DNA of 64,000 nucleotides from Dendrobates tinctorius (GCF_039654945.1 NW_027361821.1:21576001-21640000), one strand, 5' to 3'. Shown: positions 27,323-39,872, counted from the stretch's first letter. The notes: a model not told the origin generated them from the sequence alone. A program made the numbers and translations.

Positions 27323-28367
27323 TGTGGCGCCCCCAGGAGTATGGTCGCCACAGTGGCATTACCTTCCTCCTAGGGAGTGTGATATCATGCTTGGAAGCAA
27401 TGAAGGGTCTATCTGTCAGTTAATCACAACACACAACACAGTTCTCATTCCAGGCCAGCAGAGGGAGCTCTGAACCAAAACAGGGGGAAGAGCTACTCTC
27501 TGGGGGCCAGGAAGGGAAAATTAGGAGTTCGTGTGAGGAGGGCAATGTGTGTGGACGTGAGGAGAGGAGCTGGAAGATTGAGCAGAGTTCAGAGCTGACT
27601 TCTAGCTATAGCGCATGATCTGGAGCCCGGTCTCCAAGGTTGTATGGATACTGATGTTCCTGCAACAGAAACCGGAGGAATACGAAGCTGTAAATGCTCT
27701 GTTCCCACATAAGACTCGGAGGCACAACAGCAACGGGTGAGCCAGAAGAAGAAGAAGGCTACAGCTGTCTGCCATACGAGGGAGTTCTAAATGAGAGCAA
27801 GCAAGTGGAACTTCAGTGTAACACAGTACTGCAAGTACCTAAAATAAGCGCTAGAAAGGAGACTGCACAACCCATCTGATAGAGAGATTCCTAAGTTGCT
27901 TCCAGGCCAGCCAGCCTCTGTTCCATCTGTAATCTGGAATTCTGGACTGCATTTACCAAGCAAAGTAAAGGTAAAAGAAACTGCACCCTGTTGTGTCCTT
28001 GCCTCCTTCCTGCAAACTCTCCAGCACTGCTACATCTCTGTGCCAGACACTACCCCCTCTTCCTCAACACCTATCCTCTTCATCTACTCTGCCCTGGGAT
28101 TGCAGCCCTGCCTGTGGAGGGTTACAACATCATTGCTGCACCACACCATCTGTTCCAGAGAATCTGCTTGCAGCGTCGGCTTAACATCTTCATTGCCGAG
28201 CACCACAGGTGGCGTCACGTATCATCCACTTATAAACTTTAACCAGCCACACTTAACCTCTTTTACATGGACGCCCAGGGCCACGGACCGGGTCACCGCT
28301 ACTGTGACACTTCCCTCTGAGTTACCGGCCCGGTACCGAGTACCCCACGGCCCTGGCGGGCGATCCA
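27323..28367 (+). repeat. 5' LTR
   Basis: Direct repeat of 35042-36088; about 32 differences by hand count (about 3%). Confidence 0.95.
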
Positions 28368-28370
28368 TTT

Positions 28371-28388
28371 TGGCGTCACGAACAGGAT
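28371..28388 (+). promoter_or_regulatory. Primer binding site complementary to the 3' end of tRNA-Ser(CGA)
   Basis: TGGCGTCACGAACAGGAT is the reverse complement of ATCCTGTTCGTGACG+CCA, the recalled 3' end of a vertebrate tRNA-Ser(CGA); it lies 3 nt after the LTR. Confidence 0.85.
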
Positions 28389-28697
28389 TTACGGAGCCCG
28401 GTGTCCCCGGGTCCTGTGTACCAGAGACTGTGTTTTGTGCCATAGACTATTTGTGCAATTGCCGCCATTACCCCGCTGCTTGGAGCGCGCGGGAAGCCAA
28501 AGGGGCGGGCCGTCGTGGGCGAAGTCAGACAAAAAGCGCAAAAAAGTGGAGTGCTGCGCGGGAAGAGGCCAGCGCACGGGAAGTGAGAAGCCAAGGCCTG
28601 CAGTCACAGCGGCCCCCGATCATCCAGCCTGTAGAGCGGCAGCCGGTAAGCCAGCGCAACCCAGGGCCTGGCCAAACGTTAACTAGGGGGGAGGAGA

Positions 28698-30608
28698 ATG
28701 TCTGAGGCAAGAGCAGATGCAGCGGAGAATGCCACCGCACCCCCCACAGCGCCGCAGGATGCAGGGGCCAGCGCAGCTGCGGCTCCAATGGCACCGCAGA
28801 ATCCAGCAGCCAGCGCTGCCTCCAGAGCACCACAAGAATCAGCGCCCACCGCAGCAGTCCCCATAATGCCGCTGTCCATGCCCTATATACTGGGAGCAGC
28901 CTGGCTACCGCAGTACTCAGGGGAGTCACATACCCTGAGTGAATTTAAAGAGAGACTGTGCAGTTTGTTTGAGGTGTATCCTCTGTCTGAAAACCAAAAA
29001 GTGAACATCCTTATTGGGAAGTAAAAGCTTGGCAGGACACTGATAAAGAGACTGTTAAAAAAATTCTGGCTAAGCTAAGAAGCACCTTTGACACCCGCAC
29101 TGCAACTGAAATAAAAATGAGATTCTTAGGGTGTAAGCAGAGAGCGCAGGACAGTATACGGGACTATGCTCTTAACCTGCAGGAGGCACTGCGAGCCATA
29201 AATTTAAACTGGAGCAGTGGGCAGCAACTAACAGAATGGTTTTTAACAGGGAAAAATGCAAAGTGCTACATCTGGGCAATAAAAATGAAAAAAGCATACA
29301 CAGAATGAGAGGAATAGGGCTAAGCAACAGCACATGTGAAAAAGACTTGGGTATACTAATAGATCACAGACTGAATATGAGTCAACAGTGTGATGCAGCA
29401 GCAAAACAGGCAAATGCAATTCTAGGATGTATTAACAGAAGCATACAGTCTAGATCACGTGAAGTCATTATTTCCCTCTACTCTTCTTTGGTCAGACCTC
29501 ATCTGGAATATTGTGTCCAGTTTTGGGCACCACATTTTAAAAAAGACATCAACAAACTGGAGCAAGTTCAGAAAAGAGCGACCAGAATGGTGACAGGTCT
29601 GCAAACCCTGTCTTATGATGAAAGGTTGCAGGATTTGGGAATGTTTAGTTTGCAAAAGAGAAGACTGAGAGGAGACTTAATAGCTGTCTACAAATATCTA
29701 AAGGGCTGTCACATTGTAGAAGGATCATCTTTATTCTCATTTGCACAAGGAAAGACTAGAAGCAATGGGATGAAACTGAATGGGAGGAGGCACAGATTAG
29801 ATATTAGAAAAAACTTTTTGACAGTTAGAGTGATCAATGAGTGGAACAGGCTGCCATGAGAAGTGGTGAGATCTCCTTCAATGGAAGTCTTCAAACAGAG
29901 GCTGGACAGATATCTGACTGGATGATTTAGCGAATCCTGCTTTGAGCAGGGGGTTGGACCAGATGGCCCAGGAGGTCCCTTCCAACTCTACGATTCTATG
30001 ATTCTATGATTCTAAAGCAAATTGACCCAGACAGTGTGAAAGATGGAGACAGACTGTTAAAGGAGCAATTTATTGAGGGACTCCTATCCAGTACCCACAG
30101 AGCACAGCTGCGCATCACAGCCCTACAGAACTCTGATCTAGACTTTGCAGACTTCAAAGACAGGGCTATTCGGGTGCTGCATGAACCAAATGTCAGCCGT
30201 CCAGCGCCCCCTAGGCGCCCAGCGATCACATACCACCAAGAAGCAGCATCTTTCCCTCCCAGCCCTGTGGGGGCTGATGCACAGACTCTGGATAATGAAC
30301 CATATACAGAACTGCGCCTTCAGGACCAAGAGCTGACCAAAAGAATGGCTGCACTTGCCAAAACTGTGCAGTCCATGCAAGTGTCCTCAAACGAGAAGAT
30401 CCAGCTGGCCTCCAGTCAACAGGATGTCCCATGGCTACGGAAAAAGAGGATCCCGCCACGCCGAGGGAGAGACAACGAACGCTATGACCAGGACGGACGT
30501 CCCATCTGTCGTCGCTGCTGCAAGGCAGGCCACATCGCAAGATTCTGCCACCCTGGGGCAGAGGGCCAATCCCCAGGAGTAGGACCACAAGGCCCAAAGA
30601 ACTGGTGA
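28698..30608 (+). pseudogene. Gypsy gag, disrupted by a frameshift and a CR1 insertion; C-terminal CCHC zinc knuckle
   Basis: MSEARADAA...; QRAQDSIRDYALNLQEALRAI|KQIDPDSV joins across the CR1; knuckle CRRCCKAGHIARFC. Confidence 0.85.
29203..30012 (+). mobile_element. 5'-truncated CR1 LINE (RT C-terminus and 3'UTR) inserted in gag
   Basis: ORF with KCKVLHLG...EKDLG...LVRPHLEYCVQFW...RRLRGDLI...NFLTVRVINEWNRLP; (ATTCTATG)n tail at about 29993-30012; TAAA on both sides. Confidence 0.95.
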
Positions 30609-30641
30609 GCCAAGTATGTTGGAGGGCGACCGATCCTCCCA

Positions 30642-33600
30642 GTGGTGATTGACGGCATCCCCATGAACGCTTTGCTGGACACTGGCTCTCAGGTGACAAC
30701 TATGCCATATATCCTTTACAAGCAGTATTGGGCTGACTCTGAACTTACCCGTGGCCCAAGTGATGAACTGACAGTAGTTGCCAGCAATGGTCAGTCTTTG
30801 CTGCAAGTAAGATGTAAAGAGATTACCATTAAAGTGGGGCGAGTAGAGTTAAAATCTCAAGGTCTGATAGTTGTAGACATTGATCGACGAGAATGTAATC
30901 CAATGATGACCTTAGGTACTAATGTGATTGAAAATTGTCTTGCCGAGGTTATTGTTTTGTTGCAACAGGTGGCCGAGACTGCTGGTTCCAGTGAACAACG
31001 AGTCCTGCAGAAGGAGATCAAGGCCCTGATGCAAAGACAGCAGGTAGAACTGTCTGGCGGAGAAATTGGCAGCGTCCGAATGAGTGATCCTTTCCCCACT
31101 GCGATACCCCCCAGATGTGAAATGTTAATTTGGTGTCAGGCAGCCATAGGCCTCAGAGGAAGAGATTACCAAGCATTGGTGGAGCCAGTGAACTCTGATA
31201 TCCGGCCCACTGTCCTGACAGCCAGAGGGGTACTTGATGTCCGCAAAGGGAGAGTACCTGTACGCCTCTTGAATTGTGGGGAGGAGGAGGCCATAATACC
31301 TCGGTATGCCACAGTTGCTAAGCTGCTTACTGTCAGTAACAACGCCATACAGGCCGCAGAGCCCTTGGTCTCATCCGACCAGGTGGAGGACAATGGCTCT
31401 GTAAAGCAGCTGGAAGAGTGGTGTCAGCAGCTGCAGGTGGGAACTGACTCCACCCCTTCATACCAAAAGAGTGGGGTTTACCGAGTGACTCAGGAGTATG
31501 AGCGGGTATTCAGTAAACACTCTTTAGACTTTGGGAAGGCAAAAGGGGTTCAACACCATATCCCCACTGGAGATCATCCACCCATTAAAGAAAGGTACCG
31601 GCCTATACCCCCAACACAATATCAATGTGCCAAAAGTATGTTGCGGGAAATGAAGGAGGCTGGGGTGATCAGAGACAGTTGTAGCCCCTGGGCAGCTCCA
31701 ATAGTCTTTGTGAAAAAGAAAGATGGTACCATGAGAATGTGTGTTGATTACCGAAAAATTAACAGCATTGCACATAAGGATGCCTACCCATTACCCAGAA
31801 TTGAAGAGTCATTAGCTGCACTTAAAACTGCTAACTATTTTTCCACCTTAGATGTCACTAGTGGGTATTGGCAGGTTCCTGTGGCAGAGGCAGACAAGGA
31901 GAAAACAGCGTTTGCTACCCCAATGGGTCTCTGTGAGTTCAACTACATGCCGTTCGGGCTCTGCACCGCCCCAGGGACATTTCAACGGCTAATGGAGTGC
32001 TGTCTTGGACACAAGAACTTCGAGACAGTCGTGTTGTACCTTGATGATGTCATTGTTTTCTCAAAGACTTATGAAGACCATCTGAAGCACCTGGCTGAGG
32101 TGTTTGAAGCCTTGTCCAACTTTGGCCTGAAAGTGAAGCCATCCAAATGCCACCTCCTGAAGCCCAAGGTTCAGTACCTCAGTCATGTAGTGAGTGCAGA
32201 AGGTGTGGCACCGGATCCAGACAAAGTCACTGTCATCTGAGACTGGGAGAAGCCCAGCAACCTCCATGAGGTATGTCAATTCCTCAGGTTAGTAGGCTAC
32301 TACTGAAAGTTCATCAAATGCTTCACTGAGATAGCCACGCCTATGCAAAATCTTCTGGTGGGCCAGCCCAAGAAAGCCAGAAAGAAGAGTCCTACATTTG
32401 AATGGAATGAGGAACTGGAGAGGTCCTTCACTCGACTGAAGATGGCTCTCACAGGATATGTAGTTCTGGCCTACCCAGATTATGACCAACCATTTGTTTT
32501 GTATACTGATGCCAGCAATGTGGGACTGGGAGCAGTACTGTCACAGGTACAGAATGGCAAAGAAAGAGTGATCTCCAACGCCAGCAGGAAGCTTCGTCAC
32601 ACTGAAAGGAACCCTGACGACTACAGTTCCTTCAAACTGGAGTTCCTCACCATAGTCTGGGCTGTGACTGAACGATTCAAGCATTACCTAGCTTCAGCCA
32701 AGTTTACCATCTTCACGGACAACAACCCGTTGACTCACTTGGAAACTGCAAAACTAGGCGCACTGGAGCAGCGATGAATGACCCGGCTGTCTAACTATGA
32801 ATTTACCATCAAGTACTGAGTGGGGCACGAGAATGCCAATGCTGATACGCTGTCCAGAATGCCCAATCTGCCAGATGCAGGAGAAGACCCTGAGGCACTC
32901 GAAGAAATAGAGTTACCTGCCTTCCACCGGCCAATTGCGGCCCAACGTGCCCAAGGAGTGAGAAACAGACGATCTATCATGAAAGAGGCCACCCTAAATC
33001 CATTGCCTCATCATGACTGGGCAGAAACGCAGGATAGCGACCCTGGTAAAGGATCTACTGTCACAAGCTGACTCACACCCAGGTCCAGATGCTCCTGAAG
33101 AAACCCAGCAGTTGTGGAAGGAAAGAGGCAGGCTGTTCCTCTATGAGGGAAAGCTGTGCTGGAGGAGTATCAATGCCCGCACTCATGAGTTGGTGTGGCA
33201 AGTGGTAGTCCCAAAGAGGGAGGCATCAATGGTCTTGGAAGCATACCACAATGGAGCTGGACACTTTGGATGGAAGAAATTGGAGGCCTTGCTCCGAGAG
33301 AGATTCTACTGGGCTGGTATGAGGAAGGCCATTGAAAATTGATGCCGGGAGTGTGGACAATGCAACCTGCGCAGGAAGGACCGTAACAGCCAGCGAGCTC
33401 CTTTGCAGCCAATAATAACCAAACAACAACTTGAGTTGGTCGCCCTGGACCATGTGAAGCTGGTCCCAAGCCGTTCAGGCTACGTTTATGCTCTTACCAT
33501 CGTTGACCACTACTCGAGATTCCTGATAGTCGTGCCTGTCAAGGATCAAACAGCCAGGTCAGCAGCCAGAGCATTCCAACAGCACTTTTGTCGACCACAT

Positions 33601-34200
33601 GGATATCCCGAGCGAGTGCTTACAGATCAAGGTCCAGCTTTTGAGGCAGAAGTGTTCCAGGAATTCTGTAACTTGTACGGCTGCAAGAAGATCAGGAAAA
33701 CACCGTACCATCCACAGACCAATGGCATGTGTGAAAAGATGAATCAGGTGGTGATTGATTTACTGAAGACCTTGCCTTTGGAAGAGAGGAATCTGTGGCC
33801 AGAGAAGATGCCAGATCTGGTCGACCTCTACAATCACATTCCACCAACTGCACTCCAGCCTACCTAATGAGAGCGAGACCTGGCAAGTTGCCTATTGATT
33901 TGGATATGGGAGTCCTTACACCTGAAGTGACATCACCAGATGCTGACTGGGATACGGAGCGGCAGCACCGTAGAGTACAAGAGTGTGTAGAAAAGAGTCT
34001 AGCTCAGGCGAGACAAAAACAGGAAAAGAGCTACAATCAACATGCACCTGCAGTTCCCTTGTCACCAGGAGAACAAGTCCTAAAGAGGAAAAGAAGGATG
34101 CATAAATTGGATGATCAATGGGAAGCTGAGCCCTACACCATCCTACCATCAAACTTTGACAACACCAAAGTGTGCCTTATCAGTAAGGATTGAGGAGAAA
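30642..34200 (+). pseudogene. Gypsy pol (protease, RT, RNase H, integrase) with stops and frameshifts
   Basis: LLDTGS (PR); MPFGLC and LYLDDV (RT); YTDASNVGLGAVL (RH); H...GHFG zinc finger, VDHYSRF, LTDQGPAF, TPYHPQTNGMCE (IN). Confidence 0.95.
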
Positions 34201-35041
34201 CCTCATCAGCAGTATCGAGGGATCATCTGAAATTGTGCCCTGACCAACTAAAGGACAGAATGGAAGAGCAAAACAACCTTCAGCCCATAGAGGAAGAAGA
34301 AGAAAAGGTCAGCACTATACTCGGAGAATTCCCTGCAAATTGGACTAGACCGAATCAAGCCATAGAGGTGCCAGTTTTGACCTTTCCCCAACTGGTAGTG
34401 CAAGATGAAGTGACTCAAGACCACTCTGAAAACCAGCAAGTACAAGCAGCGGATGCCACACCAGCAGTGGAAGAAGAGAATTCTCACCCTGCCAGTGGTG
34501 AATCTGTCATGCCCACAGTGAGTAGAAGTGGTCCTAGGAAATCTAGTATTCCTGTGCTATGCAGAACCAACAGTAATGTAGCCAGTACAACACACACTAC
34601 ACCAGTAGTTAACACCAGGCATCCAATAAGGTCCCCAACAACACCAGTGCTACGTAGGTCTGCCCGTAGTAGCCAAGTTATACCGCCCATAAGGTTTCGT
34701 ATATAAATATCTAATGTAAATGTTAAAATGTAAATATGCAACCTTTTTAAGCTTATATGACTACAGAGACTCTGTAAGAACCCTTTTGGAAATATCAGTT
34801 TGTTTTTGATGGACAATTGGGCCACAGGACTATGTGTGGTCAAAACTATCTTGTATATGGTTACCAACTGCTCAGGAAATGGACATTGACGCATGGACTA
34901 ATCGTCATCAGGACTATTTTTGATCTTTGGCTTTTGTAATTTTTCATTTTTGAAATCTTGTTACAGTTATAATTGTTCAATTGTTTATATGTTTTACTTG
35001 TTTTCTTCAGTCCGGGAGTACTGAATTGCACTAGGGGGGAA

Positions 35042-36088
35042 TGTGGCGCCCCCAGGAGTATGGTCGCCACAGTGGCATTACCTTCCTCCTAGGGAATATG
35101 ATGTCATTCTTGGAAGCAATGAAGGGTCTCTCTGTCAGTTAATTACAACACACAACACAGTTCTCATTCCACGCCAGCAAAGGGAGCTCTGAACCAAAAC
35201 TGGGGGAAGAGCTACTCTCTGGGGGCCAGGAAGGGAAAATTAGGAGTTCGTGTGAGGAGGGCAACGTGTGTGGACTTGAGGAGAGGAGCTGGAAGATTGA
35301 GCAGAGTTCAGAGCTCACTTCTAGCTATAGCGCATGATCTGGAGCCCGGTCTCCAATGTTGTATGGATATATGGATGTTCCTGCAACAGAAAACGGAGGA
35401 ATACGAAGCTGTAAATGCTCTGTTCCCACATAAGACTCGGAAGTACAACAGCAATGGGTGAGCCAGAAGAAGAAGAAGGCTACAGCTGTCTGCCATACGA
35501 GGGAGTTCTAAATGAGAACAAGCAAGTGGAACTTCAGTGTAACACAGTACTGCAAGTACCTAAAATAAGCGGTAGAAAGGAGACTACACAACCCATCTGA
35601 TGGAGAGATTCCTAAGTTGCTTCCAGGCCAGCCAGCCTCTGTTCCATCTGTAATCTGGAATTCTGGACTGCATTTACCAAGCAAAGTAAAGGTAAAAGAA
35701 ACTGCACCCTGTTGTGTCCTTGCCTCCTTCCTGCAAACTCTCCAGCACTGCTACATCTCTGTGCCAGACACTACACCCTCTTCCTCAACACCTATCCTCT
35801 TCATCTACCCTGCCCTGGGATTGCAGCCCTGCCTGTGGAGGGTTACAACATCATTGCTGCACCACACCATCTGTTCCAGAGAATCTGCTTGCAGCGTCGG
35901 CTTAACATCTTCATTGCCAAGCACCACAGGTGGCGTCACGTATCATCCACTTATAAACTTTAACCAGCCACGCTTAACCCCTTTTACATGGATGCCCAGG
36001 GCCACGGACCGGGTCACCGCTACTGTGACACTTCCCTCTGAGATACCGGCCCGGTACCAAGTACCCCACGGACCTGGCGGGCGATCCA
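35042..36088 (+). repeat. 3' LTR
   Basis: Follows PPT AGGGGGGAA; direct repeat of 27323-28367. Confidence 0.95.
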
Positions 36089-36359
36089 CATACACACGCA
36101 GGCACACAGACACACAGCACAGCACATTCCGGCATCCTGCTTCCTGCCCAGAGCTTCCTGTCTGAGACAGCCCTGTTGGATGATGTCATCATCCAGCGCG
36201 CTGTCTCAGACAGAAAGCTGCCAGTGAGGAAGAGACTGCCGGGATATGCTGCTGCTGCGGGGAGGTGAACTGTGCTGTTTGTCTGTGTGTGTATGTGGTG
36301 CGGTCCTTTGTGAGTGTGAGAGAGTGATGTGGTGCTTTGTGTGTGTGTGTGAGAGAGAG

Positions 36360-36820
36360 GGGTGGTGGGGAAAGACAATGATATTGTGGGGGAGGCACTG
36401 ATGGAGGTGATAGACAATGATGGTGGTGGGGGAGGCAATTATGGAGGTGATGGCAATGATGGTGGTGATGGACAATGATGCTGGGGGGAGGGAATGATGG
36501 AGGTGATGGGCAATGATGGTGGGGGAGGCAATGATGGAGGTGATGGGCAATGATGGTGGGGGGAGGCAATTATGGAGGTGATGGGCAATGATGGTGGGGA
36601 GAGGCAATGATGGAGGTGATGGGAGGCAATAATGGAGGTGATGGGCAATGATGGCAGTGGGGGAGGCAATGATGGAGGTGATGATGGAGGTGATGAAATG
36701 GACAATGATGGTGGTGGGAAAGGAGGCAATGATTGAGATGGTGAAATGGGCAATGATGGGGGTGGTGGGGGAGAATGGTAGGGATGGTGAGGGAGAAGGC
36801 AATGATGGAGGTGGTGATGA
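36360..36820 (+). repeat. GAT/GGT-rich minisatellite (ggcaatgatggaggtgatg-like units)
   Basis: Visible low-complexity repeat; explains the Pro/His/Ile-rich spurious ORFs. Confidence 0.9.
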
Positions 36821-38770
36821 GGACTGTTACGGGCTGGCAGAATGCACCAAATAATAAAGAAGGTACAGTATATGGTGCGTTCACTGCCACTGGACTTGGG
36901 CAGCCTCCACCACAAAGTCCTTACCGACCATCTCCCAGGGCCTGTCCGCTACCGACAGGGGGTAAAGTAGCCCAGCTGGCCGCTGCCGAGAGGACCTATT
37001 CTGGGCGCAAGAGACGCACGCCCGAATATAGTCCCTGACGTCACGGGCCATATGCGGCCACCAGTATGTCCTCACCAGAGGCTCAGAGGTCCATTTTGTC
37101 CCGAAATGTCCACCCACTCTGGACGAGTGAGCTCAAGAGAGGACCTCCAGTTGCAGACGGGCAGGGACAAATGTCTTGCCCGGAGGTACTGACTCAAGGG
37201 CGACCGAAGCCACGGTCCGCAGGCTCTCGGATGGGACAATCAGCCGAGGTTCCTTCTCCTCCGATGACACCACGGAGCGGGAGAGAGCATCGGCCCGGAC
37301 ATTCTTTTCACCGGAGAGAAAATGAAGGGTAAAGTGGAACCGGGAGAAGAACAAGAACCATCTGGCCTGGTGAGAACTTAGCCACTGAGCTGTCTGCAAA
37401 TACACCAAGTTTTTGTGGTCAGTGAACACCTGGAAAGGGTGGCAGCCCCCTCCAGGAGGTGTCTCCACTCCGAGAAGGCCAACTTCATCGCTAGCAACTC
37501 CCTGTCCCCGATGGAATAATTCCTCTCTGCCGGTGTGAAGGACCTAGAGAAAAAGATGCATGGGTGCTTCCGACCTTGCGTGTCCTCCTGGAACTGGATC
37601 GCTCCAGCACCGGCAGACGAGGTGTCCACCTTCAGAAAGAAGGGTTTATCTACATCAGGGCAATGTAGAATGGGAGCGCTAGCGAAATGGGACTTAATGG
37701 AGAAGGCCTTGGAGACAGGTTCCGACCACAACTTGAGATTTGTACCCTTCTTGGTGAGGGCCACCAAGGGGGCTACCAAAGTCGAGAAGTGGGGAATGAA
37801 TTGGCGGTAGTAGTTTATGAACCCCATAAAGCGCTGCACTGCTTTGAGAGAATTGGGCTCCTGCCAATCCATCACCGCCTGTACTTTGGCAGGATTCATG
37901 GCCAGTCCCTGGGCGGAGATGATATAGCCCAGGAAAGGCAAGGACTTCTGCTCAAACACACACTTCTACAACTTGGCATAGAGGGAGTTTGCCCGCAGGA
38001 GGTTGAAGACTTTGCAAACATCTCTCCGGTGGGAGTCAATATTTGGAGAGTAGATGAGAATATCATCCAGATAGACTACTACCAAGGTGGTAAGCATATC
38101 CCAGAAGATATCGTTCACAAAGTCTTGGAAGACAGCCAGGGCATTACAGAGCCCAAAGGGCATCACCAGGTATTCATAGTGCCCATCCCTGGTATTAAAT
38201 GCCATTCCATTCCATTCGTCCCCCTCACGAATCAGGTTGTAAGCCCCCCGCAGATCGAGTTCGGTAAACACTGTCACTCCCCGTAGCCTATAAAACAGCT
38301 CCGATATCAGGGGTGGAGGGTACTTATTCTTAACGGTGATAGCGTTAACACTCCTTTAATCGATGCAGGGACGCAGTTCTCCGTTCTTCTTCTGGACGAA
38401 GAAGAATCCTGCCCCTGCTGGTGACACTGAATTCCTAATGAATCCCCTTGCCATTGCCAGATTCTCCCTGATATACTGAGACATGGTCTCTGTCTCCGGG
38501 AGAGAAAGGGGATATACTCGACCCCGAGGAGGCTGAGCACCAGGCAAGAGGTCAATAGGACAGTCGTAGGGGCGATGAGGTGGAAAAGTCTCTGTCGCCC
38601 GCTTTGAGAACACATCTGCATACTGTTGATAGTGTTTGAGGAGAGAGGAAAGATCTGCGGGGACTTTGGTGGAAGCGACCTGAACGCACTCCCTCTGGCA
38701 TCTACCCTCACAGGCTTTACCCCAACCGAGAATCCTCCCCGAGGACCATTCTATATGGGGAGAGTGGAAC

Positions 38771-39872
38771 ATCAATTGGATTAGTCTCCACTGCCAGACC
38801 GCTCTGACCAATATGCAATCGCTCCTGATGAACCCGCAGTAGGGGGAAACGCGTTGAGAGTGTGCGGACTATATCTGAGGAATGATGTTATCATGGACCT
38901 TATGGCTATCATTATGAAGGAGTATCCATTTGCTTAGAATATCTTCATGAATGCGGTAAAACAGATTTATACAATCATGTATGGATGTGAGGAAAGGTAG
39001 AAAGTCCAGACAGTCTGAATAAACGCATAACACTCACATACAATAGAACCAGTTACATATAAATTAGTAGCAATTTATGCCCTTTTCCCAAAACCACCAT
39101 GTTATGTATATGAAGTATATATAAATTGTCACAGCAAGTACCCAGATAAAGAACTGCCCATTAAACACAATGATAAATCAATAGTAGGTAAACAAAAAAA
39201 AGGCTTATCTGCTATCAAATTGTCACAGATAAGTACTGTCTTTTTGCATGTATGGGCTTATTGTTGTCAGTATCTGGTGATTCAAACTAGGGGTATAGTA
39301 TATATCTGATATCTGCAGTGGCTGTAGTACCCCTGCTAATTTACACTGAGGCTTGTAAATCTGGCATATTCAGTGGTGTCTTTGATTGTTTCTAGGATTT
39401 CTGACAATTCTCGTTTTTCTTAGGGTACCAACCTCCGCACCTAGGTAGGTGTTCAGACAGTCATTTTGTATAGGGCCAGGTCACTCTTTTCTTCACATCG
39501 TCTGAGTGAAATTGTTATTAGATGGTAGCACGTATTATCAAATTTTATATATTCTCTTTATGTCCATTTGCCTTTTTTCCATTTTTTGAGGTTTTTGGGC
39601 TAGAATAGTATTTTGCAGTTTTTAACTGCTTGGATTCAGATTTTTCTGACCATATGATTGTATTGGCAGATCCAGCTGGTTAGATTTGGTTTAACTGTTA
39701 TACCTTATCTCTTTCCAGCATTGTAATAGCCCGTTTTTTACTAGGCTTTAAAATAAGGGACATCTGTGCAATTTTATATTGTCATTTTTGTACTTAATAA
39801 AAGTTATATTTTAATAGGGTTTTTTCAGTTAGTCGGTTATAGGTAACCCTTTTTCACATTATATTTGTAAGT
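38771..39872 (+). mobile_element. Non-coding Penelope-like/retrozyme-like insertion in the Gypsy protease region
   Basis: 11-bp TSD GAGAGTGGAAC (38760-38770 and 39873-39883); hammerhead motif near the 5' end; AATAAA and a T-rich tail near the 3' end; no long internal ORF. Confidence 0.75.
38820..38862 (+). ncRNA. Minimal type I hammerhead ribozyme motif (possibly degenerate)
   Basis: ctc-CTGATGA(38825-38831)-aCCCgcagtaGGGg-GAAA-CGCGTT-gag: both core boxes, stem II, palindromic stem III (AACGCGTT), GUU cleavage triplet, short stem I ctc/gag. Confidence 0.7.

Larger units (their letters stand above)
27323..36088 (+). mobile_element. Full-length but decayed Gypsy LTR retrotransposon (LTR-PBS-gag-PR-RT-RH-IN-PPT-LTR)
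   Basis: Two ~1045-bp LTRs TGTGGCGCCC...GGGCGATCCA (27323-28367 and 35042-36088), flanked by CATACA on both sides. PBS, PPT (35033-35041) and all pol domains are recognisable. Confidence 0.97.

Noticed and set aside
27896-28705. 269-aa ORF through U5/PBS/leader (and its 182-aa twin at 35617-36165)
   Set aside because: TTG start, no recognisable domain, GC-rich LTR sequence; persistence in both LTRs is expected at about 3% divergence.
35974-36915. Pro/His/Ile-rich ORFs, and the Cys/Pro-rich ORFs at 48763-49362
   Set aside because: Translations of minisatellites, open in several frames at once.
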